Assembly (NCBI GenBank): GCA_013239625.1
Contig: MU053652.1
Location: 7,587,027-7,651,026, forward strand
Direction of reading: 5' to 3'
DNA: 64,000 nt
Origin: Lama guanicoe
Lineage: Eukaryota
In this document: positions 13,520 through 24,575 of the stretch, in pieces
Layout: the number at the start of each line of letters is the position of its first letter
Numbering within the stretch: position 1 is the stretch's first letter
Made by a program: the position numbers and the translations under genes
The notes under the pieces: generated by a model
Databases searched by the model: none
What the model saw: the letters and a program-made list of their open reading frames with translations, nothing else
Told to the model about the DNA's origin: nothing

Positions 13520-14158
13520 ACGGCCAGATAATAACCCCTCCCCCCTCCATAGGGCTCCAGTGCCCGGGAGCACGCACTATTCCTGACTAGAGGAGGGTCA
13601 TCCTTCCCCTCATAGAGATACTGTCTCATCAATGATACACGGACCAATGCTCTTTATGAGAAATCCGGAAGCAAGTTTAGGGGATTCTGTACCCCAGGTG
13701 AGCATACCAGCCTCATCAAAGCTAACAGGAAGGTTCATTGCGTTCACTCGCCTGAGTCCATTTCCCCACCTCAGCTTCATACCACCAGGAGAAAATGTCC
13801 AGCTCCCAACTTCTTCCTAGGGAGAGAAAGAGAGGATTTGACCATACAGCCAATGTTCAGACTTTTCAGGGGGCAGTCTAAGGGACTGGCTTCTGTCTCA
13901 CCCAACTCAAGACCACTGAAGGAACCCGGCATACTCTAGAAGCCTGGGGGCGCTGAAGCTGTAAGAGAGCTGGATGGCTTGCAGCAGCTCCAGAGAACCT
14001 GCAGTACTGCAGATAGACACCAGAGGGAACAAGAGAGCAAAGACAGTAAAAGCTCCTGGAAAAAAGAAACCAGCAAATACTTCTAATTTTGAGTTTGGAT
14101 GCAATTAGTTCAGAGAAAATATACCCACAGAAAAGGTTTGAGAAGACCCTAGAATCTC
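13520..14158 (+). mobile_element. Probable old L1M 5' UTR fragment
   Basis: GC-richer segment ending 'cccacagaaaaggtttgagaagaccctagaatctc' that directly abuts L1 sequence. Confidence 0.5.
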
Positions 14159-15085
14159 AGGGAAATAAAAATTAAAACAGCAATGTGATATCACAACACA
14201 CCTATCATAATGGCCAAAATTTGGAATTGACAGCACCAAACGCTGATGAGGATGTGAAGCAATAGGAACTCTCATTAATTGCTGGTGAGAGTGCATAATG
14301 GTACAGCCACTCTGAAGAGAGTCTGGTGGTTTCTTATAAAACTAAACATACTCTTACCATATGACCCAGCAATCATGCTCCTTGGCATTTATCCAAAGGA
14401 ACTGAAAACTTGTGTCTACACAAAAACCTGGACAAGGATGTTTATAGCAGCTTTAATCATAATGGCCAATTCTTGGAAGCACTCAAGATGCCCTTCAGTA
14501 GGTGAATGGATAAATATACTGTGCCACATTTAGACAATGGAATATTATTCAGCACTAAAAAGAAATAAGCTATTAAGCCTTGAAAAGACATGGAGGAAGC
14601 TTAAAGGCATGATACTAAGTGAATAAAGCCAATCTGAAAAGACTGAATACTGTATAATTCCAACTCTATGACATTCTTGAAAAGGCAAAACTATGGAGAT
14701 GAAGAAAAGATCAGGGGCTTCCAAGGACTGGAGGGTGCAGGGAGTAGATGAAGGCATAGAATAGGTGGAGCACAGAAAATTTTTAAGGCACTGAAAATAT
14801 CCATATGACACCATGATGATGGATACACGTCATTATACATTTGTCCATACCCACAAAGTGTACGACATCTGGAGTGGCCCCTAATGGAAACTATGGACTT
14901 TGTGTAATTATGATGTGTCAATGTGGGTTCATCAGTTGGGGTAACAAATGTACCACTCCTGTAGGGGATGTTGATAGTGAGGGAGGCAATGAGTGTGTGG
15001 GACAAGGGAATACACGGGAACGCTCTGTACCTTCTCATGCTGTGAACCTAAAACTGCTCTAAGAAAATTAAGTCTTTTTAAAAAA
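14159..15085 (+). mobile_element. L1MC1-like ORF2 C-terminus plus 3' UTR
   Basis: ORF 14279-14533 (LPYDPAIMLLGIYPKELKT...MFIAAL...CPSVGEWIN) is the L1 ORF2 C-terminus. The 3' UTR ends 'gctgtgaacctaaaactgctctaagaaaattaagtc'. Confidence 0.9.
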
Positions 15086-15440
15086 GTCAATAACAAATAT
15101 ATTAATGAATGCACAATACAAAAAGATATAATATGTGACATCAGTAACTTAAAGAGTGGGAGAGAGGAGTAAAAGAATTGATTTTTTGTGTGCAATTGAA
15201 TTTGTTATCAACTTAAAATAGATTATTATAACTATGTTTTATATAGCCTCATTGTAAATGCAAAGAAAACACCTACAAAAAATACAAATAAGAAAATGAG
15301 AACAGAATCGAAGCATGTCAATACAAAAAAAAAAAAAAAAAGATTCACAAAGAGAGGAACAAAAAAGCCAAAAGCTAGACAGAAAACAATGGTCAAAATA
15401 GCAATTATAAGTCCTTCTCTATCAGTAATTACTTTAAATG
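15086..15440 (+). mobile_element. L1M inter-ORF spacer and start of ORF2 (endonuclease N-terminus)
   Basis: Translates as '...KIAIISPSLSVITLN', matching the L1 ORF2 start motif SIITLNVNGL. Confidence 0.75.
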
Positions 15441-15459
15441 ACCTAAAAAACCTAGATCT

Positions 15460-15745
15460 ATTACCAGATTATGAAGATATTTTCCTGGATTTTCTTTTGG
15501 AAGCCTTATTTTTTCAGCTTTTAAGTTGAGGTCTACGACCATCACAAATTAATGTTCGCATATGGTGCCAAGGTAGTGGTTAAGGTTCATTTTTTTTCCA
15601 TCTAGATATCCACTTGTTGAAAAGAACCTTTATTCCTCCACTTTTGTTAAGTTTTTTTGTTAAAAATCAATGATCTGCATGAGTGTAAGTCTATTTTTGG
15701 ACCCTGTAGTATCCCACTGATATTTGTCTACCCTTGAGGAATATC
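15460..15745 (-). mobile_element. L1 ORF2 fragment, inverted relative to its neighbour
   Basis: 'ttaagttgaggtctacgacc...gcatatggtg...tttttttccatctagatatcca...ttgttgaaaaga'. Confidence 0.65.
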
Positions 15746-16906
15746 AGACCGAGTGTTAACAGCCATTCTACTATAGACTGAATTTACTCTTGGATCAATC
15801 TAGATATGGAAAATGGTGTTTGGGGGCCAATTTTCTTTGGCCTCTCATGGAATTGCCTTAACTGAACTACGGTTTGGCATTGTGACATTGGCTGTCATTG
15901 AGAAACAGTTATCTGAAAGTCACTATTCATCATGGAAATGTTAAATGAATTATACTGTCTCTCCTTTATAAGAGGCCACAGAGGAAATGCCTTATAACTT
16001 TTAGTACGAGAAAGAGTAACATGTCTGTCTCCACAGTAACCCACATGTGTTCATTTTATAGAGCTATAGGTCCTGACCACCAGGAAGACGAAAAACTAAT
16101 TTATTGATCCATTTTAACAGTTCCATAGAAAACCTTATTGTGGGGCCCTCTTCTTTGCTTGTCGACTATTCTTACTCGAGGTTACACCTTATTTTTCAAA
16201 CTTTATTGCCAATCTTCTCCTGGTTCACCATTCATTATATTTTTGTATAACCAGTTCTATTTTATGTACATATGCAATCAAAATCAAATCCCTTTTTGGA
16301 ATGACTCAGAATCTAAATAAAGCACTACATTCAATGCATCTTTGGAAATAGGTTTAAAATTAAGAATAATAACATTTGCATTCATTTTATTTCTTAAACT
16401 TTTTTCTTTTATGGTAATACAGTATTTTATTTATTCTATCTAGTAATGACTACTATTTGAGAACATTTATAATATTAATGGAACAATGTAAGAGAAGTTC
16501 AACTTACTTTTTTTTTTACATTTCAATGCTGGGTATTAATCAGAAAGATACTCAAAATAAGTCAAAAGCTTATCACAAAAGTTTGGTGTTAGTCCACATA
16601 CAATTCAGTTTTTGGTGTAAAACTCTTTGGCTGCAAGAAAGAACATTTGGTTTACTTCACTAATAGGAATATCTCTTAACGCTGGGATAGCCTCTTCTTG
16701 GTGTTTCTTCTGCTGTTGATTTTTAGCAGAACTATCTTTTTTTTGTATGAATGGAGTTGAGTGGAGAGGTCCTCATCATGTTTATTCCAGATAAGAGTAA
16801 GTAAGTGAGTAATGAGGAGGTACACAGGCAATGCAACCGCCCAATATTTTTGAGACCAGTAGGTTAAGCCTAAGAAGTTTAGCCAAGATTCAGGAATAAA
16901 AGCCTA

Positions 16907-17002
<96 letters not shown>

Positions 17003-17719
17003 TTACCCTGTGGCTTTAGACAACGCAGCTCCAGCTCTGCAGGCTCTGGCTTCATGCACGAAGGGAAGGGCAACCAGGGACAGGAGGCCCGCGTGGCCTC
17101 CCCAGGCCTGGGCCTCGGCGCCCGGGCTGCATTTGTTTTAATTTATCACATATCTAAATGGGACCCCATCATTTTCCCCTGCTATCCTGTGAACAAACAG
17201 GGAAGCAGAGCAAAGGACCTCGTAGTTCTATTACATGTGTGGATTCATGTCCAGTCCCCCTTTTCTTTTTGTCACCACAAATGGGCCATGGTATCTCCTT
17301 GCCTCCAGTTTATAGTATAAATGCAGACAAGCAGTATTTTAAAGGAAAAGGAGTATGGGGCTCTGTTCTTAACACCAGTAACTCTAGGAACCTCTGAAAT
17401 TAAAGGAGGCTTGAAGGGACTTCAAGGGAATGGAGCTAACGCTTGCTGTAGGGTTGGAGGAAGGGCAGGAGGACTAGGGCAATATTTACACACGTCGGGA
17501 AGGACCGAGGAGTTCATAGCCTGCTGTTTCCAACTCTTGCCTGGCAGGTGGGTAATGCAGCATGCTGTGAATGACATCTTGCTCCATCTCCTGTCTCCCA
17601 GCTCATAGAAAGTGCCAGCATTCAAGAATAAGATATCGGACCCATATTCCCAGAAATATTAGCAGTCAGCTTCTTTCTAATGTAATAATGCCTTCTCTTC
17701 TACCAGGCACTGTTGCCCT

Positions 17720-17820
17720 TTCTTTCATTTGAAAAGTTATCGATTATCTTCTATGTTCTTGGCATTGCTCTATGTGTTGGGGATAAAAAAGGAAATAAGA
17801 TATGGATCTGGAGATGAAAG
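17720..17820 (-). mobile_element. L2 3' end fragment
   Basis: 'ctatgttcttggcattgctctatgtgttggggataaaa...aataagatatgg'. Confidence 0.5.
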
Positions 17821-18755
17821 TATTTGACTCTGAAATAGCAACAATCATCAGCTGTCATGACTCCTTCATCCCAGCCCTTTTACACACTGCAGACCAGTCT
17901 TTAGCTTTGGAGAACTGAATACTGCTCCTCTGAGGTACGGGACAGGAGCAAGGTGTCCTGCACAGTGAGATGAAATAAATCTAAAAGTGGAGTTCCCCTC
18001 AGTCTAAGAGCAAAGAACTGTCTAGTGAATTATAATCTCTCTTTTCTCAAAGAAAGACACTTCTAAAGAAATGTAATCACAAATACATCGGAGAATACAA
18101 AAGTGACAAAGATAATTATTTCAAAGTCTAGAATCCAATAGCAATATTTCTCATATGTTACTTTTCACTTAATTTGAATCAACAAAATCATACAGTATGA
18201 ATGAATACTATTAAGAATCGCAGTGTATTATTCAATCCTTTAGTAAGCTGAGCTGTTTGTTCAAGGTTCATGGCCAAGGCATTCAGTGAGAATCGTCCCT
18301 TAAGAAATTAGGACCCAGAATTGGAAGAAGTGTGAGTTACAATGATGTAGGTACCTTCAAGCACAACCTACACTTCCCGCTGCGCTTCCCCTTACCCTCG
18401 CCAAGGTGCAACGGTCTCCTCGCTGCCATCTCGGGGCAGCTGGGGTGACAGAGATAAGTGGTCTTGGAATCTAACTGTCAGAGATGGAGAACATAGTAAG
18501 GTTCAACTGTAGGAGCAAATCTAAACGAAGGGAAACGCTTGGAATTGTAGCTGTTTATCTTAAATCTTAGAGCCCACCAACTATAAAATTATTCAATGAG
18601 AAAGGGAAGTGATTCATCTATTTTTATGCATTTGTTTTTAATTGATGTATCAAAATTTCACCAGTGATGATTTGAGTACTCTAACTTGCTTTAGATCCAC
18701 CTTTGTTTGCTCAAAAATACAAGAAAAAAATTCAGATTAAAGCCTAATGACAACA

Positions 18756-19016
18756 TTTTAAAATTTTTTCCAGCTTGGTTGAGGTATACTTGACAAATAT
18801 TGTATATGTTTGAGGTATACAGTGTGATGCTTTGATATATGTATGCACTGTGAAATGATTACCACAATCAAGCTAATTACCATATCCGTCATCTCACACA
18901 GTTATGATTGTGTGTCTGTTTGTGGTAACAACACTCAAGACCAACTTACTTAGCAAATTCCAAGTATAAAATAAGAGTGTTAACAAGGGCTACTGTGCCC
19001 TACTCTAGGTCTCCAG
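18756..19016 (-). mobile_element. L1MA-type (L1MA9-like) 3' end
   Basis: 'ttgaggtatacttgacaaat...tgtgaaatgattaccacaatcaagctaatta...cttagcaaattccaagtata'. Confidence 0.85.
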
Positions 19017-19107
19017 CAGTTCCACCTCGAGGCATTCGCCCAAAGGAAATAAAACCAGTTTCTCAAAGAGCCGTCTGCACTCCCACGTTCACCGCAGCAG
19101 TACTCCA
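19013..19107 (+). mobile_element. L1 ORF2 C-terminal fragment, inverted against the preceding L1 3' end
   Basis: Translates PAVPPRGIRPKEIKPVSQRAVCTPTFTAAV, homologous to L1 PAIPLLGIYPKE...CTPMFIAAL. Confidence 0.8.
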
Positions 19108-19109
19108 GT

Positions 19110-19338
19110 CCTGCCTTATTGGTCCCAGCTCGCCCTGGCGGGCTCTAGCTTCCTCTGCTCCTCCTTTACTTCATGGCTCTCCTTCCTTCTAGACGGCCTG
19201 TCCAGCTGTCTTCAGTTCTTGCACCAGACACAGAACAACTTCACAGAGTCTGTTTCACTCTTCCCCATTGCATAAGATCATATCCTTATAATAAAATGTC
19301 TCCCTATTTTATCCTCTGATCAAGCCCTGACTGCTACA
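19110..19338 (+). mobile_element. ERVL-type LTR 3' portion
   Basis: 'cattgcataagatcatatccttataataaa...ctgatcaagccctgactgctaca', a typical ERVL LTR end. Confidence 0.55.
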
Positions 19339-19359
19339 ATAAGTTTTTACATCTTGTAT

Positions 19360-19600
19360 GATAACATTGAAAAAGAGGACTAGCGCATAATATCAAGTGA
19401 AAAGAATCCGTATGCAAAATTTATGTAAATTGAAATTTCAATAATTTTGATGTAAATGGATCTAAAAGTCACCAAAATATTAACTGATTTTTAAGTGAGA
19501 CAATGTATGAATTGTTGTCTTCTTTATATCTTTTAGTGTTACCACTTAAAAAAATGAACATGCATTAATTTTATAATTTAAATCAGCAACAAAATATAAA
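19360..19600 (+). mobile_element. L1ME-type 3' end
   Basis: 'aagtgaaaagaa...caccaaaatattaac...aatgaacatgcattaattttataat'. Confidence 0.55.
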
Positions 19601-19741
19601 CTTGTTTTTGTGACAGTAAATCTTCAGAGCAAAGGAAAGGCAGCCACCTAACCATGTGATTGCAGGTCCTCTTAATTCAGATAAATGCATCCTTAGGGGC
19701 TTTCTTAATGCTGATATTACAAAACATAGGAGTAGAAAGGG

Positions 19742-19777
19742 TTGTAAACAATTAGAGCTTTGTAAACAATTAGAGCT
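19742..19777. repeat. Perfect 18-bp tandem duplication
   Basis: TTGTAAACAATTAGAGCT x2 (19742-19759, 19760-19777). Confidence 0.95.
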
Positions 19778-20838
19778 ACATTTTCAATATGTTCTGCTAA
19801 GACTTAGCCACCAAACATCATGAACGCTAATTTGAAAAACTGGGTCATATTCTCTAGCACAACTTTATATATTTTTCTTATGAAAGGATTTAGGTATAAA
19901 AGACTAGGCAAGATCATTGAAACTATATATATTCAAAGTGCAAATTCTGTCTTATGTCATACACCCACAAACACACACACACATTCAAAGAAATTCTTAC
20001 TTCCAGTACCTAATTCTAAATTTTGAATAAATTTAATAACCACTTATTTATGTTTTGCTTAAAAAGTGTGTGTGTGTATATGTATATATACATACACACG
20101 CACCCACAATTTTTGAACTTTGAAATTGGTGCCCTATTTAAGTAATCCTTTATGTTTATAGCAAGTTGCCACTTATAAAGAACTTGCATAAAGCCATGAA
20201 AAAGCCTTTTTAAAAAAATTATTGAAGATACTGAGGCCCAAAGAGATTAAGAAATGAAGTTAGGGTTCTCATCATACTTTATTGCCACTATTATTGACTT
20301 TATAAAACATCATTACTTAGTTATTTTCAAAAGTGAACTTCCTTGACATCTTAAAAATTAAAGGAGACATTTACCTCCTTTAATGAACATTCAAATATCT
20401 TGCAACATATTAGTTTTCTGCTGTTAAACAAATCTATTCTTAATAGTTATTTGATACACGGGCATAATAGTATGATTCAGACTAATAAATTAATTACTTG
20501 ATATTATTAATGACAATATGAATTTCTTTGTAAATCAAAATAAATTATACATTAGCAACCTTAGAGACTATAGACCATAGATATAGATACCTTCCTATCA
20601 GATTACATCTATGTAACTTAAAATAAGATGATTTAACTATATTTTGTCAAGGAATTACTTTTTCAGGTAGGGATTAGCATATAGCACTTCTAGTTTTAGT
20701 GGACGAGTTTGGGAATCCTCTTTCCAAGGAATGACCAGGATATCTTTGCACAAGTAAGATACATATTCATGGATGTGCACTTTGTTTCTGTAAAGCAAGA
20801 GCACAGTATGTCCATTCTTTCAGCTTGATCATCTGGTG

Positions 20839-21058
20839 CAGACATCGGCACATTACGGCCAACCCATGGACCAAACTCAGGCCTCCACTGTTTTTGTATG
20901 GTAGATGAGTTAAGAATTTTTCTCATTTTTAAATGCTTGGAAAAAATGAAAAAAAGGATATTTCATGACATGTGAAAACTATATGATATTCAAATTTCAG
21001 TGCCCATAGATAAAGGCTCATTGGACCACAGATCCATTCATTTGCAACGTATTGTCCC
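20839..21058. mobile_element. hAT-Charlie MER58B-like MITE (partial)
   Basis: 'cggcacattacggcc...catggaccaaa...tttcatgacatgtgaaaactatatgatattcaaatttcagtgcccatagataaag'. Confidence 0.8.
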
Positions 21059-22187
21059 TTGTGGGAACAGTGTAGGACATGGTATTAGCTTCCCTAAGTC
21101 ACGGGGTTCTCCTGTGGGTAAATGACAAATGTGAACTAGGCGTAAAATCACTAAGACATTTCTGATAAAATCCAAAATACATTTTTACACTATAAAAAAT
21201 ATTTCCACAAGACTTGCATTCACATAGTGGTGGGGTAGGGGGATAAGCATTCACATTTAATATATTTTACTGAAACAGTTAATCTTGAAGGTAAAATGAT
21301 AGATTTTTATTGTGGAACCACAATGGATCTACCAGGTTGCCCACTCCTTCCAAAGACTTGGAAATCTTTCTTTTCTACAGACTGAACATAGTTTGATGTC
21401 TATCCCTGTTCTAGCTTATGACCTAGGTACGGTTGAGAAGGTGTCACATTTGGTAGGTCCCTGTGCAAAGCAGGCCAAAGAGAAAGACAGAGAAAGAGAC
21501 AGAAAGAAATTAAAATTAATGATAAGAAAATGACCCCTGCTGTGTTAGCACAAGTAGGCTGAAAACAACTGTCAGTCCTTGGAACTGTGGTCATGACAAT
21601 CTATAAACTCAATCTTAGTCAATGATACCTGCTTGAAATTGTATCACTGCTGAGTTGAAATAAAATGGTAAACTTGGTAAGTCCCTTTGTTCCTGAAATC
21701 TACAGTTATTTATCAATATTTCAGTGCTGTAGCTGTTATGTGGAAGGGTTCCTCCTACATCACTGGTTTGCAAAAGACTCCAGATCAAACAATTACAAGT
21801 ATTTCAAAGTCTTATATAAGCACCTGGATTTCTTTAAGGATGAGTTCACAGTTGATGTTCGTGGCTTATAACCTTTATTAGATGCAGAGGAATATTAAAG
21901 CAGAGATTTAAGGACATGGATATTTTAAGTCTTTAGTTTCTTTGTCAGTCTATAAAGTCCATTAATGATAAGCAAATGCAATTATGCTTGTACTGACACT
22001 TTTATTCTCAGATTACGCATTACTTATTTTTAAGTGGTGATAAATTCCTTTATTGGTGATTGTCAACACATCAGTTACACTTTTTAGATCCAGCACAGTG
22101 GTAAATCATGACTTATTTTTTTTTCCCTATTAATAAGCAGATTGTTTTAAACAGTTTTTAGATGTGTTAAAGCTCACAACAGATACT

Positions 22188-22286
22188 AATAATTATAGCT
22201 AATGTTTTTGCACTCTTACTACAGGCTATGTTAAACACTTAATTTTCATTTTCTCATTTATAACTTAACCTTAAGATGTAGGTGTT
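22188..22286 (-). mobile_element. MIR, left part (split by an L1 insertion)
   Basis: 'aataattatagctaatg...ctcattta...aaccttaagatgtaggtgtt'; continues at 24055. Confidence 0.6.
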
Positions 22287-23563
22287 CCAAAAATAAACTC
22301 AAAATGGTTTAAATACTTAAATATAAGATAAGACACAATAAATCTCCTAGAAGAAAACATAGGCAAAACATTCTGTGACATAAATCTTAGCAATGTTCTC
22401 CTAGGGCAGTCTACCCAGGCAATAGAAATAAAAGCAAAAATAAGCAAATGAGTCCTAATTAAACTTATAAGCTTTTGCACAGAAAACAACAACAACAACA
22501 ACAAAAAACCATAAGCAAAACAAAACAACAACCTATGGAATGGGAGAAAATATTTGCAAATGATGTGACTGGCAAAGGCTTCATTTCCAGAATATGTAAA
22601 CAGCTCATACAATTTAATAACAAAAGAACAAACAACCCAATCCAAAAATAGACAGAAGAACCAAACAAGCAATTTTCTAATGAACACAAACAAATGGCCA
22701 ATAGGCACATGAAAAAATGCTCAATATCGCTAATTATCAAAGAAATGCAAATCAAACCAAAATGAGGTATCACCTCTCATCAGTCAGAATGACCATCATT
22801 CAAAAGTCCATGAATGATAAATGCTGGAGAGGGTGTGGAAAAAAGGGAACCCTCCTACACTGCTGGTGGGAATATAGTTTGGTGCAGTCATTATGGAAAA
22901 TGATATGGAGATTCCTCAAAAAAACTAAACATAGACTTACCAAATGATCCAGCAATCCTACTTCTGGGTATGTATCTGGAGGGAACTCTAATTCGAAAAG
23001 ATACATGCACCCCAATGTTCATAGCAGCACTATATTTAATAGCCAAGACATGGAAACAACCTAAATGTCCATCAACAGATGACTTAATAAATAAGTTGTG
23101 GTATATTTATACAATGGAATACTACTCTGCCATAAAAAGAATAAATTAATGCCATTTGCAGCAACATGGATGGACCTAGAGATCATCATTCTAAGTGAAG
23201 TAAGCCAGAAAGAGAAAGAAAAATACCATATGAGATCGCTCATATGTGGAATTTAAAAAACAAACAAACAAACAAACAAAACAGAAACAGACTCACAGAC
23301 ATAGAATACAAACTTGTGGTTGCCAGGGGGACGGGGGGTGGGAAGGGACTGGGATTTCAAAATGCAGAATAGATAAACAAGATTATACTGTGTAGCACAG
23401 GGAAATATATACAGGATCTTGTGGTGACTCACAGTGAAAGAGAATGTGACAATGAATGTATGTATGTTCCTGTATAACTGAAAAATTGTGCTCTACACTG
23501 GAATTTGACACAACATTGTAAAATGACTATAACTCAATAAAAAAGTTTATATATATAAAAAAG
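22287..23563 (+). mobile_element. 5'-truncated L1: ORF2 3' part plus 3' UTR (type A)
   Basis: KINSKW..LLEENIGKTF.. and [23 protein letters not shown] (ORF 22717-22947), with stops and frameshifts; A/AT tail near 23536-23562. Confidence 0.95.
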
Positions 23564-24054
23564 AAGTTGTGGTATATTTATACAATGGAATATTACTCAG
23601 CCACAAAAAGAACAAAATAATGCCATTTGCAGCAACATGGATGGACCTAGAGATTGTCATTCTAAGTGAAGTAAGCCAGAAAGAGAAAGAAAAATACCAT
23701 ATGATATCACTCTATGTGGAATCTAAAAAAAAAAAAAGGACACTATGAACTTATCTACAAAACAGAAACAGACCTGCAGACATAGTAAACAATCTTATGG
23801 TTACCAGGGAAAGGGCATGGGAACGGATAAATTTGGGAGTTTGAGATTTACAAATATTAGCCACTATATATAAAAATTGATTAAAAGAAATTTCTGGTAT
23901 ATAGCACAGGGAACTATGTTCAATATCTTGTAATGACCTTTAATGAAAAAGAATATGAAAACAAATATATGTATGTATATGCATGATTGGGACACTGTGC
24001 TGTACATGAGAAATTGACACATTATATCTGACGGTACTTCAGTTAAAATCAAAA
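23564..24054 (+). mobile_element. Second L1 3' end (ORF2 terminus plus 3' UTR type B), in tandem
   Basis: Repeats 23093-23260 and then continues in a 3' UTR like the copies at 1-255 and 50536-50745. Confidence 0.92.
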
Positions 24055-24237
24055 AAGATATAAGTGTTGTTATTCCCTTTTTACACATGAGAAAACAGAG
24101 CCTCACAGAGACCAGTTTAGTTCAACTCTCTAATCTGTATTCGAAGTAATTTAATTAATAGGTATTAGAGTCAAGATTGGAATCTATGCTTGCCTGACAA
24201 CAAAAATTGTGCTCTTATCCACCATTATGCCATCCTG
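24055..24237 (-). mobile_element. MIR, right part
   Basis: 'gttattccctttttacacatgagaaaacagagcctcacagag...gtgctcttatccaccattatgcc'. Confidence 0.75.
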
Positions 24238-24344
24238 TTCCCGTGCATGAAGACAAACAGGTTAGTAAAAAATCGCTTGCATAGATGTATTCTGTTATTT
24301 ATCTGTATAGTAATAGCCATCAGCGTTCATTGCAAGGCTGGCGA

Positions 24345-24575
24345 GGTGAATGTTCTTGTGAAAAGGACAGGGGCTTTGGAAGCAGGTTAACCTGGGTTTG
24401 ATGCTGAACTCCTCATCTCTAGCCATTTGCTATAAATCATGATACTTGCTCTCTTTAATATCCACTTACTCGTCTGTAAAACAGAGGCAGTAAGAACTAC
24501 TGTGAGAGTTTTCCTAAGTGTTAAATAAGGTATGTATGTATGGTAGCTAGCACATAACTGGCACAAAAGAATTAT
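24345..24575 (+). mobile_element. MIR SINE
   Basis: 'ggctttggaagcagg..aacctgggtttga...ctcgtctgtaaaa...ctggcaca'. Confidence 0.75.

Noticed and set aside
22271..23243. Hydrophobic minus-strand ORFs as membrane proteins
   Set aside because: They are antisense frames of A-rich L1 ORF2, a common artefact (likewise 47646-49035 and 14545-15195)
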